Counted from the first letter of the stretch, positions 7,341-16,982 are shown. The stretch: DNA of 64,000 nucleotides from Vicinamibacterales bacterium (GCA_050183355.1 JBFXBH010000003.1:15131-79130); one strand, 5' to 3'. Numbers and translations: made by a program. Notes: generated by a model not told the origin, from the letters alone.

Positions 7341-8470
7341 GCGGGCCCGCCTACCGTGTGGCGGCCTCGGTGGCCGGGCGCATCCACGCGCACCTCGAGC
7401 ACCACCGGAGCGCCGTGCCGGACGCCGCGGCGCGGGCCGACATGGCGCCCCTCCCCGACCTCGGCACGATCGCCACGATGATCGACGCCGCGTTCTGGAC
7501 CAGCCTGCGCCGCGAGGAAGGGACGCTGCCGAAGATTTCGCTGGCGCTGGTGCCGCCGGAGCCGGCCGTGCTCCCGCTGTTCTTCGCCGGACCGATTCCG
7601 CTCGACCCGGCCACGCTCGCCAAGCTCGCGCCCGCCGTCGAGCGCCCGGGCATCCATCTCGGCGCCTGGCCCGTCAACGGCCGCCTGATGGTCTGGGGCA
7701 CGGCGCGCGTCGTGCCGCCGCTCTGCTTCGTCGTCGAAACGGTCGCGCCGGGACTCCTGGTCCTCAAGCACCGGCCGTGGTCGGCGTCGAGCAAGTTCAT
7801 CAACGTCGCGGTGCTGGAGGGCGACCGCATCAAGGTGATCGACGAGCGGGCGTCCTCGATGACCGACTGCCCGACGCTGCTCGAAGCCCTGCTCCGCTTC
7901 GACGCGCGCCGGTCGGACTACACGGCCGACCACTGCCTCGTGCAGCTCGCCGTCTCGATGCGGCGCCACGGCCGCGGCGGCACGCTGATCGTCGTGCCGG
8001 CCGGCTCGGACACGTGGCGGCAGTCCGTGCTGCAGCCCATCGCCTACACCGTGACGCCGCCGTTCGACGAACTGGCGGCGCTGACGCGCGCGCCGCAGGA
8101 CGACGCCGACTGGATCGAGCGGATCTCCCGTGCGGTGGACGCCGTGGCCGGGCTGACCACCGTGGACGGCGCGACGATTCTGACCGACCGCTACGACGTG
8201 CTGGCGTTTGCCGCGAAGCTCGGCCGGCGCAAGGGGGCGGACCCGGTCAGCCGCATCGTGACGACCGAGCCGATCGAGGGCGCGACGGCCACCGAGGTGG
8301 ACCCGAGCCAGGTCGGGGGCACGCGGCACGTCTCGGCCGCGCAGTTCGTGTCCGACCAGCGGGACGCGCTGGCCCTGGTCGCCTCGCAGGACGGCCGCTT
8401 CACGGTGTTCGCGTGGTCGCCGTGCGCGGAACGCGTGTACGCCCACCGCGTCGACGCGCTGCTGATGTAG
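7337..8470 (+). CDS. DAC (DisA_N / diadenylate-cyclase-fold) domain protein with an unknown N-terminal domain
   Basis: This is the C-terminal part of track ORF 6317..8470. GTG 7337 overlaps the MFS stop (GTGA). The DAC-like motifs are GGTLIVV, TVDGATIL (DGA) and GGTRHVSAAQF...LVASQDGRFTVF (an RHR-like motif that reads RHV). Confidence 0.6.
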   Translation: MSGPAYRVAASVAGRIHAHLEHHRSAVPDAAARADMAPLPDLGTIATMIDAAFWTSLRREEGTLPKISLALVPPEPAVLPLFFAGPIPLDPATLAKLAPAVERPGIHLGAWPVNGRLMVWGTARVVPPLCFVVETVAPGLLVLKHRPWSASSKFINVAVLEGDRIKVIDERASSMTDCPTLLEALLRFDARRSDYTADHCLVQLAVSMRRHGRGGTLIVVPAGSDTWRQSVLQPIAYTVTPPFDELAALTRAPQDDADWIERISRAVDAVAGLTTVDGATILTDRYDVLAFAAKLGRRKGADPVSRIVTTEPIEGATATEVDPSQVGGTRHVSAAQFVSDQRDALALVASQDGRFTVFAWSPCAERVYAHRVDALLM

Positions 8471-8536
8471 GCGGCCCGGGACTCGTCGACGGGCGGCGGT
8501 GGCCGTGCCATACTCTGAACGGCACGTTACCCCGGG

Positions 8537-8625
8537 GCCTGAGTGGCGGAACTGGCAGACGCAGGAGACTCAAAATCTCCCACCGGTCACCCGGTGTGTG
8601 GGTTCGATTCCCTCCTCAGGCACCA
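8537..8625 (+). tRNA. tRNA-Leu (anticodon CAA), encoded CCA
   Basis: Acceptor stem GCCTGAG/CTCAGGC; anticodon stem GGAGA/TCTCC with loop CTCAAAA; long variable arm CACCGGtcacCCGGTG; T-loop TTCGATT with one U-U mismatch in the T-stem; ACCA at the 3' end. Confidence 0.85.
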
Positions 8626-8634
8626 CCTTCACGC

Positions 8635-9141
8635 ATGACGACATCATTCGAACCCCTCCGCGACCTCGCGCACCTGGAATCGCTCATCGCCGGCTCGTTC
8701 GATCGGCCGCTGCTGATCTTCAAGCACAGCCGGAGCTGCGGGACATCGCACGTCGCGCGGGAGGAACTGCTCGCGCATCTCGCGGACGCACCGCGTGACG
8801 CCACCTACGTGATGCTGACCGTCCAGGAGCAGCGCGACCTCTCGGACGCGATCGCCCGGCACTTCTCGCTGCGCCACGAGACGCCGCAGGCGCTGGTCGT
8901 GCGGGACGGCACGGTCGCGTGGAGCGGGTCGCACTTCCGCGTCAGGGCCGGCGCCGTCGGCGCCGCGATTGACGCCGCCGCGGCGGACCCCGCCGCCGAC
9001 TGTGCCGGATTTCTGGCCGGGGCGATGGCGGCACAGCGCGCCGCCATCGCCCGCCCGGCCACCCAGCCTGACGACCACGCCCACTGGAAGTTGAATCCGC
9101 CCAGCCGGCCGTCGACGTCCAGGATCTCGCCCGCGAGATAG
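8635..9141 (+). CDS. YtxJ-like monothiol thioredoxin-fold protein (DUF2847 / bacillithiol-system type)
   Basis: ATG 8635 within track ORF 7777..9141. Sequence MTTSFEPLRDLAHLESLI...LLIFKHSRSCGTSH...ETPQALVVRDG. The domain ends near 8975, and the remaining 55 codons are antisense to the neighbouring gene. Confidence 0.6.
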   Translation: MTTSFEPLRDLAHLESLIAGSFDRPLLIFKHSRSCGTSHVAREELLAHLADAPRDATYVMLTVQEQRDLSDAIARHFSLRHETPQALVVRDGTVAWSGSHFRVRAGAVGAAIDAAAADPAADCAGFLAGAMAAQRAAIARPATQPDDHAHWKLNPPSRPSTSRISPAR

Positions 9142-10283
9142 AGCCCCGGGCATAGGCGCGACTCCATCGTCGCCGCGCTGATCTCGTCGAGCGGCACGCC
9201 GCCGGCCGTCACTTCCGCGTACTGATAGCCACGGCTGCCTGCCACCGGCACCGGCCACTCCAGCAGCGCGCGGATCGCCGCACGCCGGACGTCGCGCGGC
9301 AACTGCGCGAGCGCCGCGCCGGGGTCCACGCCGGCATCGGCCAGCAGCGCGTCGCCAACCGCCGCCGGCAGCAGACCCGCCACCGAGCTGCGGATCGTGC
9401 CGCGTGGATGCGTCCGTGCGATGTCCACGATCCGCTGCTCGAGCGCCTCGAACGTCACACCCGGCAGCGCGCTCAGCACCAGCGACGGCTGACGGCCCTC
9501 CTCGACCGCGCGCAGCCAGACGCGCGAGACGTCGAGTGCCGCCGGCCCGCTGAGGCCGGCGTGCGTCCAGAGCAGCGACCCGGTGACGGTCGAGCGCGCG
9601 CCGGCGTCCACGACCGTCAGCGCGGCCTCGTGGCTCACGCCCGCCAGCGTCGCGCACGGCGACCCCGCCAGGACGAGCGGCACGAGCGCGGGCGTCGTCG
9701 GGACGAGCGAGTGGCCGAGCCGGCGTGCGAGCTGGTAGCCGAAGCCGTCGCTGCCCGACTTCGGCAGCGAGAGCCCGCCGGTCGCGAGCAGCACGACCGG
9801 CGCGCGGACGACGCCGGCCGCGGTCGTGACGGTGAAGCCGTCCCCGGCCACGGCGACCGCCGAGACCCGGGCCGACGTCCGGATGGTCACGCCGAACCGC
9901 GCGCACTCCCGCAGCAGCGCGTCGAGCACGGTGCGGGACCGGTGCGTGTCGGGAAAGAGCTTGCCGCCGGCCTCCTCGTGCAGCGCGACGCCGGCCTGCC
10001 CGAACCACGCCGCCGCGGCCGCGGCCGGAAACGCCCGCAGCACGCGCCGGACCACGCGCGACGATCCGCCGCGGAAGTCGCGCTCGGTCACCTCGGCATT
10101 CGTCACGTTGCAGCGCGAGCCGCCGCTGACGAGGATCTTCGCGCCGACCGTCCTCGCGCCCTCGAGCACGACGACGCGCACCCCGGGCCGCGCGGTGGCC
10201 GCCGCGATGGCCGCGAACAGTCCGGCCGCGCCGGCGCCGACGATCGCGATGTCGGTTACTGTGTTGTCCTCGCCCGCACCCAT
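8805..10283 (-). CDS. HI0933/BaiN-family NAD(P)/FAD-dependent oxidoreductase
   Basis: Trimmed to ATG 10283 (MGAGEDNTVTDIAIVGAGAAGL...). Motifs ILVSGGSRCNVTN and GGFNFQWAWSSG. The last ~77 codons look non-protein-like and are antisense to the YtxJ-like gene. Confidence 0.8.
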   Translation of the reverse strand: MGAGEDNTVTDIAIVGAGAAGLFAAIAAATARPGVRVVVLEGARTVGAKILVSGGSRCNVTNAEVTERDFRGGSSRVVRRVLRAFPAAAAAAWFGQAGVALHEEAGGKLFPDTHRSRTVLDALLRECARFGVTIRTSARVSAVAVAGDGFTVTTAAGVVRAPVVLLATGGLSLPKSGSDGFGYQLARRLGHSLVPTTPALVPLVLAGSPCATLAGVSHEAALTVVDAGARSTVTGSLLWTHAGLSGPAALDVSRVWLRAVEEGRQPSLVLSALPGVTFEALEQRIVDIARTHPRGTIRSSVAGLLPAAVGDALLADAGVDPGAALAQLPRDVRRAAIRALLEWPVPVAGSRGYQYAEVTAGGVPLDEISAATMESRLCPGLYLAGEILDVDGRLGGFNFQWAWSSGWVAGRAMAARCAAIAPARNPAQSAAGSAAAASIAAPTAPALTRKCDPLHATVPSRTTSACGVSWRSEKCRAIASERSRCSWTVSIT

Positions 10284-11574
10284 GTCCGACCCGGCATCCA
10301 CCCCATCCGCGCGCTCACCGCGCACGCTCGACATCATCGGCGGCCTGACGACCTTCGTCACGATGGCCTACATCGTGATCGTCAACCCCGCGATCCTGGC
10401 GACCCCCGGCACCGGCATTCCGTTCTCCGGCGCGGCCACGGCCACTGTACTCGTGGCGGCGTCGATGACGCTGCTGATGGGCCTCTATGCGCGGCTGCCC
10501 TTCGCGGTGGCCCCGGGCATGGGCCTCAACGCGTTCGTGGCCTTCACGGTGATCCTCGGCGACGGCGTCCCGTGGCGGACGGCGTTCGGCATGGTGTTCT
10601 GGGCCGGCGTGCTGTTCCTGCTGATCTCGCTGACGCCGCTCCGCGTCCAGCTGGCGCGCGCGATTCCGCCGGGACTCCGGATCGGCGCAGCCGCCGGGAT
10701 CGGGCTGCTGCTGACGCTGATCGGGCTGCGGGCCGCCGGACTCATCGCACCCGACGCGGCGGCGATCGTCAGGCCCGGCGTCCTGGACCACCGCGCCGCG
10801 TTCCTGCTCGCGGGACTCGCCGTCGCCGCCGCCCTGATGCGGCGGAACAATCCGTTCGCGTTCCTCGCCGCGATCTTCGGCGTCACCGCCACGGCGTGGG
10901 TACTCGGACTGGCGGCCCCGCCGGATCGCCTCGTCAGCGCGCCGGACTTCTCGTCGGCGTTCCTGCAGCTCGACATCCGCGGTGCGCTGGCGCCGGCGCT
11001 CCTGCCGTCGGTCGTCGCGATCTTCTTCACGGACCTCTTCGACTCCGTGTCGACGTTCATGGGCGTGGCCACCGCGTCCGGGTTGACCGACGAGCGCGGG
11101 GAGCCGCGCCGGCTCCGGGAAGGGCTCATCGTGGATGCGTGGGCCACGCTTGGCGCCGGGCTCGCCGGGTCGTCATCGGGGACGGCGCTCGTCGAAAGCG
11201 TGGCCGGCATCCGCATGGGCGCACGCACGGGGCTGGCGTCGGTCGTGACCGGCCTCTGCTTCGTGCCGTGCCTCTTCATCGCACCGCTGGCGGCGGCCGT
11301 GCCCGGCTACGCCACGGCCCCGGTGCTCGTGCTCGTCGGCGTCGCGATGTTCAGGCTCGCGGGCCGCATCGGCTTCGACCGCGTCGAGGACTCGCTGCCC
11401 GGGTTCCTGACGCTGGCGCTGATCCCGCTGACGCTCTCGATCACGCAGGGACTGCTCTGGGGCTTTGTCACCCACGCGCTGCTCTTCGCGGTCACCGGGC
11501 GCTGGCGCGAGGTGCATCCACTGATGTGGGGGCTCGCCGTCGTATCGACGGGCCTGCTGGCGATGGGTCACTGA
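10282..11574 (+). CDS. NCS2-family purine (adenine/guanine/hypoxanthine) permease, AzgA/PbuG type
   Basis: ATG 10282 within track ORF 9826..11574. Sequence ...RTLDIIGGLTTFVTMAYIVIVNPAIL...APGMGLNAF.., a multi-TM protein. Confidence 0.85.
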   Translation: MSDPASTPSARSPRTLDIIGGLTTFVTMAYIVIVNPAILATPGTGIPFSGAATATVLVAASMTLLMGLYARLPFAVAPGMGLNAFVAFTVILGDGVPWRTAFGMVFWAGVLFLLISLTPLRVQLARAIPPGLRIGAAAGIGLLLTLIGLRAAGLIAPDAAAIVRPGVLDHRAAFLLAGLAVAAALMRRNNPFAFLAAIFGVTATAWVLGLAAPPDRLVSAPDFSSAFLQLDIRGALAPALLPSVVAIFFTDLFDSVSTFMGVATASGLTDERGEPRRLREGLIVDAWATLGAGLAGSSSGTALVESVAGIRMGARTGLASVVTGLCFVPCLFIAPLAAAVPGYATAPVLVLVGVAMFRLAGRIGFDRVEDSLPGFLTLALIPLTLSITQGLLWGFVTHALLFAVTGRWREVHPLMWGLAVVSTGLLAMGH

Positions 11575-11791
11575 ACCCGCGACCCGGCCCGGATCGGGCC
11601 GTCCGTCACAAAGTTGTTGTACGCGCCCGGGGTTCTCGGGCTATGCTCATCGCAGGTAAGGTCCCGGCGGCGTTCGCTTCCCAGCGCGGAAGTCTCCAGG
11701 TCCAGAACCGGACCAGTCTGACAGCGGCCATCCCCGCAGTCGCGGGGCCGGTGGTGTGCGGTCTTGACGGGTCCGGATTCAGGAGGCCCGG

Positions 11792-13219
11792 ATGGCAGGA
11801 TCGGACGCAGCACTTCCCCGCAAGACGTACGTCGTCGACACCAGCATTCTCGTTTCCGCTCCAGACGCACTTCAGAATCTCACCGAGAACAACACGGTCC
11901 TGATTCCGTTCCCGGTACTTCAGGAACTGGATCGCCGGCGCACGGCCGCCAACGGCGTGGGCTACACGGCCCGCAGTGCCATCCGCTTTCTCGACGACGC
12001 GCAGAGCCACGCGTCGGTGGACGAGATGGCGGACGGCATTCCGCTCAACGGCGGCCTGCTGAAGTTCCACGACGGCACGCTGGACATGGGTCGCGCCTGG
12101 ACGGGCTTCAACCCCACTTACGCGGACGACCCGATCATCCTGCTGGCGGATCAGTACCGCCGTGCGCACCCGGACGAGCAGGTGATCCTGATCACGCGCG
12201 ACGCCGGCATGCGCTGCAAGGCCCGCGCGCGCGCCGTGACGGCCGAGGACTACTACAGCGACCGACCCATCCCGTCCATCGAGAAGTTCTACTCGGGGCG
12301 CCGGCGCGTCGACCTTCCCGAGAGCCACGCCAACCTGCTGTCGACGCTGCACCACGAACAGCGCCTGCCCGTCGACGTGCTCGGCGACTTCGCGGACCTG
12401 AAGGAGTTCCGCGCGAATCAGTGCTGCGAGCTGCGGGTCGCCGGGTCCGGCAAGAGTGCGTGGGGGATCTACAAGAACCACGACACGCCGGGCTACCTGC
12501 GGCGCGTCAACACGAAGCCGTCCGAGAAGTTCGGGCCGTGCAACGCCGAGCAGGCCTGCGCGCGGGAGATGATCCTCGACGACCAGACGCTGGTCACGAG
12601 CCTCGTCGGCATCGCCGGCACCGGCAAGACGCTGATCGCGCTGCTCTGCGCCTACGAACTCCTCCGGAGCGGCAAGGTGTCCCGCATCGAGGTCTACCGG
12701 CTGAACGCCGAGGCGGGCCGCGAAATCGGCTTCCTGCCCGGCGCGCTGAACGAGAAGATGGCGCCGTGGGCGAAGCCGATCATCGACAACCTCGACTTCA
12801 TCATGCGGCGGCTGCACAACGGGGCGCGCTTCACGCACCAGCTGTCGGACCACCAGGGCGGCGAACGGCGGGACGTCTCGCACCCGACGGTCGAGCACCT
12901 GCTGGAATCAAAGGCGCTCGAGATCGCGCCGATCAACTACCTCCGGGGCCGCTCCATCCACGACACGGCCATCATCGTCGACGACGCGCAGAACCTGACG
13001 CAGGAGGACATGAAGCTCGTGCTGACGCGCGCGGGCGAGGGGTCGCGCGTGATCCTCACGGGCGACCCGGACCAGATCGATCGTGAGGAGATCACGTCGC
13101 TCTCGACGGGGCTCGTGCAGGTGGTCGAGCGGTTCAAGGGCGAGCCGTGCTTCGCGCACCTGACGATGTCGGAGGTGATGCGCTCGAAGGTGGCCGAGCT
13201 GGCGGCGAAGCTGCTGTAG
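11792..13219 (+). CDS. PhoH2: PIN-domain plus PhoH-like ATPase
   Basis: 475 aa. N-terminal PIN (YVVDTSILV...QELD), Walker A GIAGTGKT, and PhoH motifs (INYLRGRS, DDAQN). Confidence 0.85.
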   Translation: MAGSDAALPRKTYVVDTSILVSAPDALQNLTENNTVLIPFPVLQELDRRRTAANGVGYTARSAIRFLDDAQSHASVDEMADGIPLNGGLLKFHDGTLDMGRAWTGFNPTYADDPIILLADQYRRAHPDEQVILITRDAGMRCKARARAVTAEDYYSDRPIPSIEKFYSGRRRVDLPESHANLLSTLHHEQRLPVDVLGDFADLKEFRANQCCELRVAGSGKSAWGIYKNHDTPGYLRRVNTKPSEKFGPCNAEQACAREMILDDQTLVTSLVGIAGTGKTLIALLCAYELLRSGKVSRIEVYRLNAEAGREIGFLPGALNEKMAPWAKPIIDNLDFIMRRLHNGARFTHQLSDHQGGERRDVSHPTVEHLLESKALEIAPINYLRGRSIHDTAIIVDDAQNLTQEDMKLVLTRAGEGSRVILTGDPDQIDREEITSLSTGLVQVVERFKGEPCFAHLTMSEVMRSKVAELAAKLL

Positions 13220-13229
13220 GCGGCGCAAC

Positions 13230-13457
13230 CTACTCCGGCTCGCGCCAGCCGTCCTGCACCAGCACGCTGCGCAGGTAGTCGGCGCGGGCCATCGCCAGGT
13301 CGAGCGAGTCGTAGTTCTCGGCCCGGTCCATCAGGCCGTCGAAGAACCACGTGATGGTGACGGGCGGCTCGGTGCCGAGCAGCGTCGCGTGCGCCGTCGA
13401 CCGGCCGCGCGTCAGGCGCCAGAGGACGGTCGGGCCTCCGGCCGGTGGTGCGTCCAC
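13230..13457 (-). CDS. small hypothetical protein (75 aa)
   Basis: Track ORF with a GTG start, very high GC3 and a non-repetitive sequence ([38 protein letters not shown]). I do not recognise a family. Confidence 0.5.
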   Translation of the reverse strand: MDAPPAGGPTVLWRLTRGRSTAHATLLGTEPPVTITWFFDGLMDRAENYDSLDLAMARADYLRSVLVQDGWREPE

Positions 13458-13466
13458 GGCCGCGTC

Positions 13467-13637
13467 CTACTCCTGCCGCGCGGCGTCCCGCCCGGGCATC
13501 GCCACCACCTTGCCCGCGGCGTGGTCTTCGCGGGCACAGCCGGCGCCCCGGTCCACGATGGTGCCGACCAGGCGGCCGAGGAAATCGCGCGCCGTCGTCA
13601 CACGGCAGCCACACTGCAGCGTGGTCGAATCGCTCAC
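13467..13637 (-). CDS. small hypothetical ORF (56 aa), in frame with and 3 codons upstream of the 75-aa ORF, separated from it by TAG
   Basis: My translation is [56 protein letters not shown]. About 89% GC3. Below the track length cutoff. Confidence 0.3.
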   Translation of the reverse strand: MSDSTTLQCGCRVTTARDFLGRLVGTIVDRGAGCAREDHAAGKVVAMPGRDAARQE

Positions 13638-13657
13638 CCCGCCATTATGATCCAGTG

Positions 13658-14902
<1,245 letters not shown>

Positions 14903-14921
14903 CGAAGACGGGACGGACAGG

Positions 14922-15647
14922 TCAGAAGCTGAACGCCACCCCGATCGAGAACACCGGGATGAAGCGCAGCACGTCGATCGCGTCGTTGATGTCGGCTTCC
15001 TGAGTCCGGACGTCCGCCTGCACGCTCGCGTCAGACGCGACGCTCCGGCAGTTCACGCCGCTCGGGTCGCAGACGCTCCCCGTCAGGCCGAGCGTCGCCG
15101 TCGGCGCCTTCGAGAACACCACACCCAGCTCGAAGGGAATGCTCCACCACTTCGTGCGGGGTACGACATTGCCCCACCCCATCATCAGGCTCGGCGCGAC
15201 GCGCTTGAAGACCACCGAGGCCCGGCCCGTGACCGGGTCCGCGGGGTTGCTCCGGTACGACTCGTTGCCGAGGTCGAACGTACGGCCCGGCTCCGCCCGG
15301 ACCGTCGCGTCCAGTTCGTTGCCGTTGTAGAGCATCACGCCCGGGCTCAGATGGAAGCCGCCACCGAACGGGAACCAGTCGAGATGCGCCGACGCCGACC
15401 GCAGCTTCAGGCTGGCGTCGAGGATCAGTCCGTCGTCCTCGAACTCGTGGCTCAGGCTCAGCCCGCTGAACCCGCCGCGGATGTTGACCCTGCTCCCCAC
15501 GGGCACGGCGACGTCCACACCGGCCCCGAGCACGCCGAACTTGAAGGCCACGCCGGCTTTCGGTGACGACGTCTGGGCCGCCGCGGGGGCAGGCACCAGC
15601 ACAAACACGGTCAGGAACAGACAGAGCACGGGAAAGACCTTCTTCAT
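14922..15647 (-). CDS. outer-membrane beta-barrel protein (OmpW/porin-like), secreted
   Basis: Trimmed to MKKVFPVLCLFLTVFVLVPAPAAAQ (signal peptide). The sequence has an alternating beta-strand pattern and ends in the aromatic ...GVAFSF. Confidence 0.7.
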   Translation of the reverse strand: MKKVFPVLCLFLTVFVLVPAPAAAQTSSPKAGVAFKFGVLGAGVDVAVPVGSRVNIRGGFSGLSLSHEFEDDGLILDASLKLRSASAHLDWFPFGGGFHLSPGVMLYNGNELDATVRAEPGRTFDLGNESYRSNPADPVTGRASVVFKRVAPSLMMGWGNVVPRTKWWSIPFELGVVFSKAPTATLGLTGSVCDPSGVNCRSVASDASVQADVRTQEADINDAIDVLRFIPVFSIGVAFSF

Positions 15648-15802
15648 GATCGGGAAATCCTCCTGATGAGAGACAACGCCGCGACGCGACCGGGCGAACA
15701 ACGCCCGCTACGGGGCCGTGGGCACATCGTAGAAACGCCGTTGTGCCTCGACGCCCACTTCCACGTCGTGAGACAGCACGAAGTCCAGGAACACCTGCTC
15801 GT

Positions 15803-16138
15803 TCACCGAGTCGTCCCCTCAGAGGGCACATGCCGCACCGTGCCGGGCACAGCTCCATCCAGCTCGGCCAGCACCGCCGGGACCAGAGGCAGCAGGTCCT
15901 TCAGTCTATTGCCGCGGGCACGCAGCACCACGAGGGCGATGTCAAATCGGAGGACAGGCTGCTGATAGGAGAGATTTCGGTCCACCGTCAGGAATACGTC
16001 GAACCGGGTCGCGGCCAGGCCCAGAAGTTCGCCGTTCTTCTTGCTGGCCCACCCCATCTCGGGCACGGTGCGGACCTCATGCCCCGGCAGGGACTGCTTC
16101 AAACGCCGGGGCAGGCACTCATCAAGCAGGACGCGCAC
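15803..16138 (-). CDS. DUF5615-family PIN-like protein (putative toxin partner of DUF433)
   Basis: 111 aa, MRVLLDECLPRRL...VFLTVDRNL. It overlaps the upstream DUF433 gene by 17 nt. Confidence 0.7.
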   Translation of the reverse strand: MRVLLDECLPRRLKQSLPGHEVRTVPEMGWASKKNGELLGLAATRFDVFLTVDRNLSYQQPVLRFDIALVVLRARGNRLKDLLPLVPAVLAELDGAVPGTVRHVPSEGTTR

Positions 16139-16349
16139 GGGCGAGCAGGGCGTCCCTGGCCTGTTCGAGAGCCGCGATCACCTGGTCCCGGCTGACTGTC
16201 GGAAAATCCTCCAAGAACTCGGCCAGCGGCTCCCCCGCCTCGATGTAGTCGAGCAGCGTCTGGAAGGGCACGCGGGTGCCGACGAACACGGGCGTTCCGC
16301 CCATGATCTCCGGGTCACTGTGCACTACCGGGCTGAGTGAGCTGGGCAT
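16122..16349 (-). CDS. DUF433-domain protein (putative antitoxin-like)
   Basis: 75 aa, ...DPEIMGGTPVFVGTRVPFQTLLDYIEAGEPLAEFLEDFP, the characteristic DUF433 core. Confidence 0.75.
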   Translation of the reverse strand: MPSSLSPVVHSDPEIMGGTPVFVGTRVPFQTLLDYIEAGEPLAEFLEDFPTVSRDQVIAALEQARDALLARARPA

Positions 16350-16421
16350 GAAGGCTCCTTGGAAGCAAGAATACCGCCGGCTACCTGTGGGACCAACTAT
16401 GTGAAGCTCGTGAAGGCCTGA

Positions 16422-16982
16422 TCAAACACGGCCGGCCAGCTTCACGACGGCGTCACCAGTGTGGATCGCACCCGGCTGGACGACCTTCGCGTTGATGCCG
16501 CGCAACTGCAGCTCCCGGCCCACGGGCGAGTTCACGAACTTCATCGCGTCGAGGCCGAACCGCTCGACGAACTTGCCGCACCCGGTGTGCGGCTGCGCCG
16601 TCACCTCGAGCACCGCCGAACCGATCGCGAGCCGCGTGCCCGGCGGCAGGTTGGCGGCGCTCAGGTCCAGGTCGACGTAGAGCTGGTCGCCGGCCAGCGG
16701 CCAGCGGGACCTGTCGCCCGCCACGAGCGCCACCGCGCGCGCGCTCATGATGTTGACCTGCATGTCGGGATGGCGACGGCCATCCGGCGTACGGTTGCTG
16801 CCGCGGTCCTTCCAGGTGTCGCCCACCAGGCCCACCTCGACATCCAGCTCACCGGCCTCGAGCACCTCGCGTGCGCCAACGGCCGGGCGACGGACGATGA
16901 GCTCAAGGACGCCCGCGTCCGTGGGCGCCTGCCGGATCGCTTCAAGCCCGGCGTGGAGTTCTGCTGTCGTCGGATGCGTCAT
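16422..16982 (-). CDS. MOSC-domain protein
   Basis: Trimmed to ATG 16982 (MTHPTTAELHAGL...). Motifs ...GDQLYVDLDLS..LPPGTRLAIGSAVLEVTAQPHTGCGKF. Confidence 0.8.
   Translation of the reverse strand: MTHPTTAELHAGLEAIRQAPTDAGVLELIVRRPAVGAREVLEAGELDVEVGLVGDTWKDRGSNRTPDGRRHPDMQVNIMSARAVALVAGDRSRWPLAGDQLYVDLDLSAANLPPGTRLAIGSAVLEVTAQPHTGCGKFVERFGLDAMKFVNSPVGRELQLRGINAKVVQPGAIHTGDAVVKLAGRV

Noticed and set aside
15648-15802. The intergenic stretch between the OMP gene and the DUF5615 gene, and the track ORFs 15666..15965 and 15743..16195.
   Set aside because: I found no motif, repeat or structured element. The ORFs overlap the DUF5615/DUF433 genes on the opposite strand and have shadow-frame composition.
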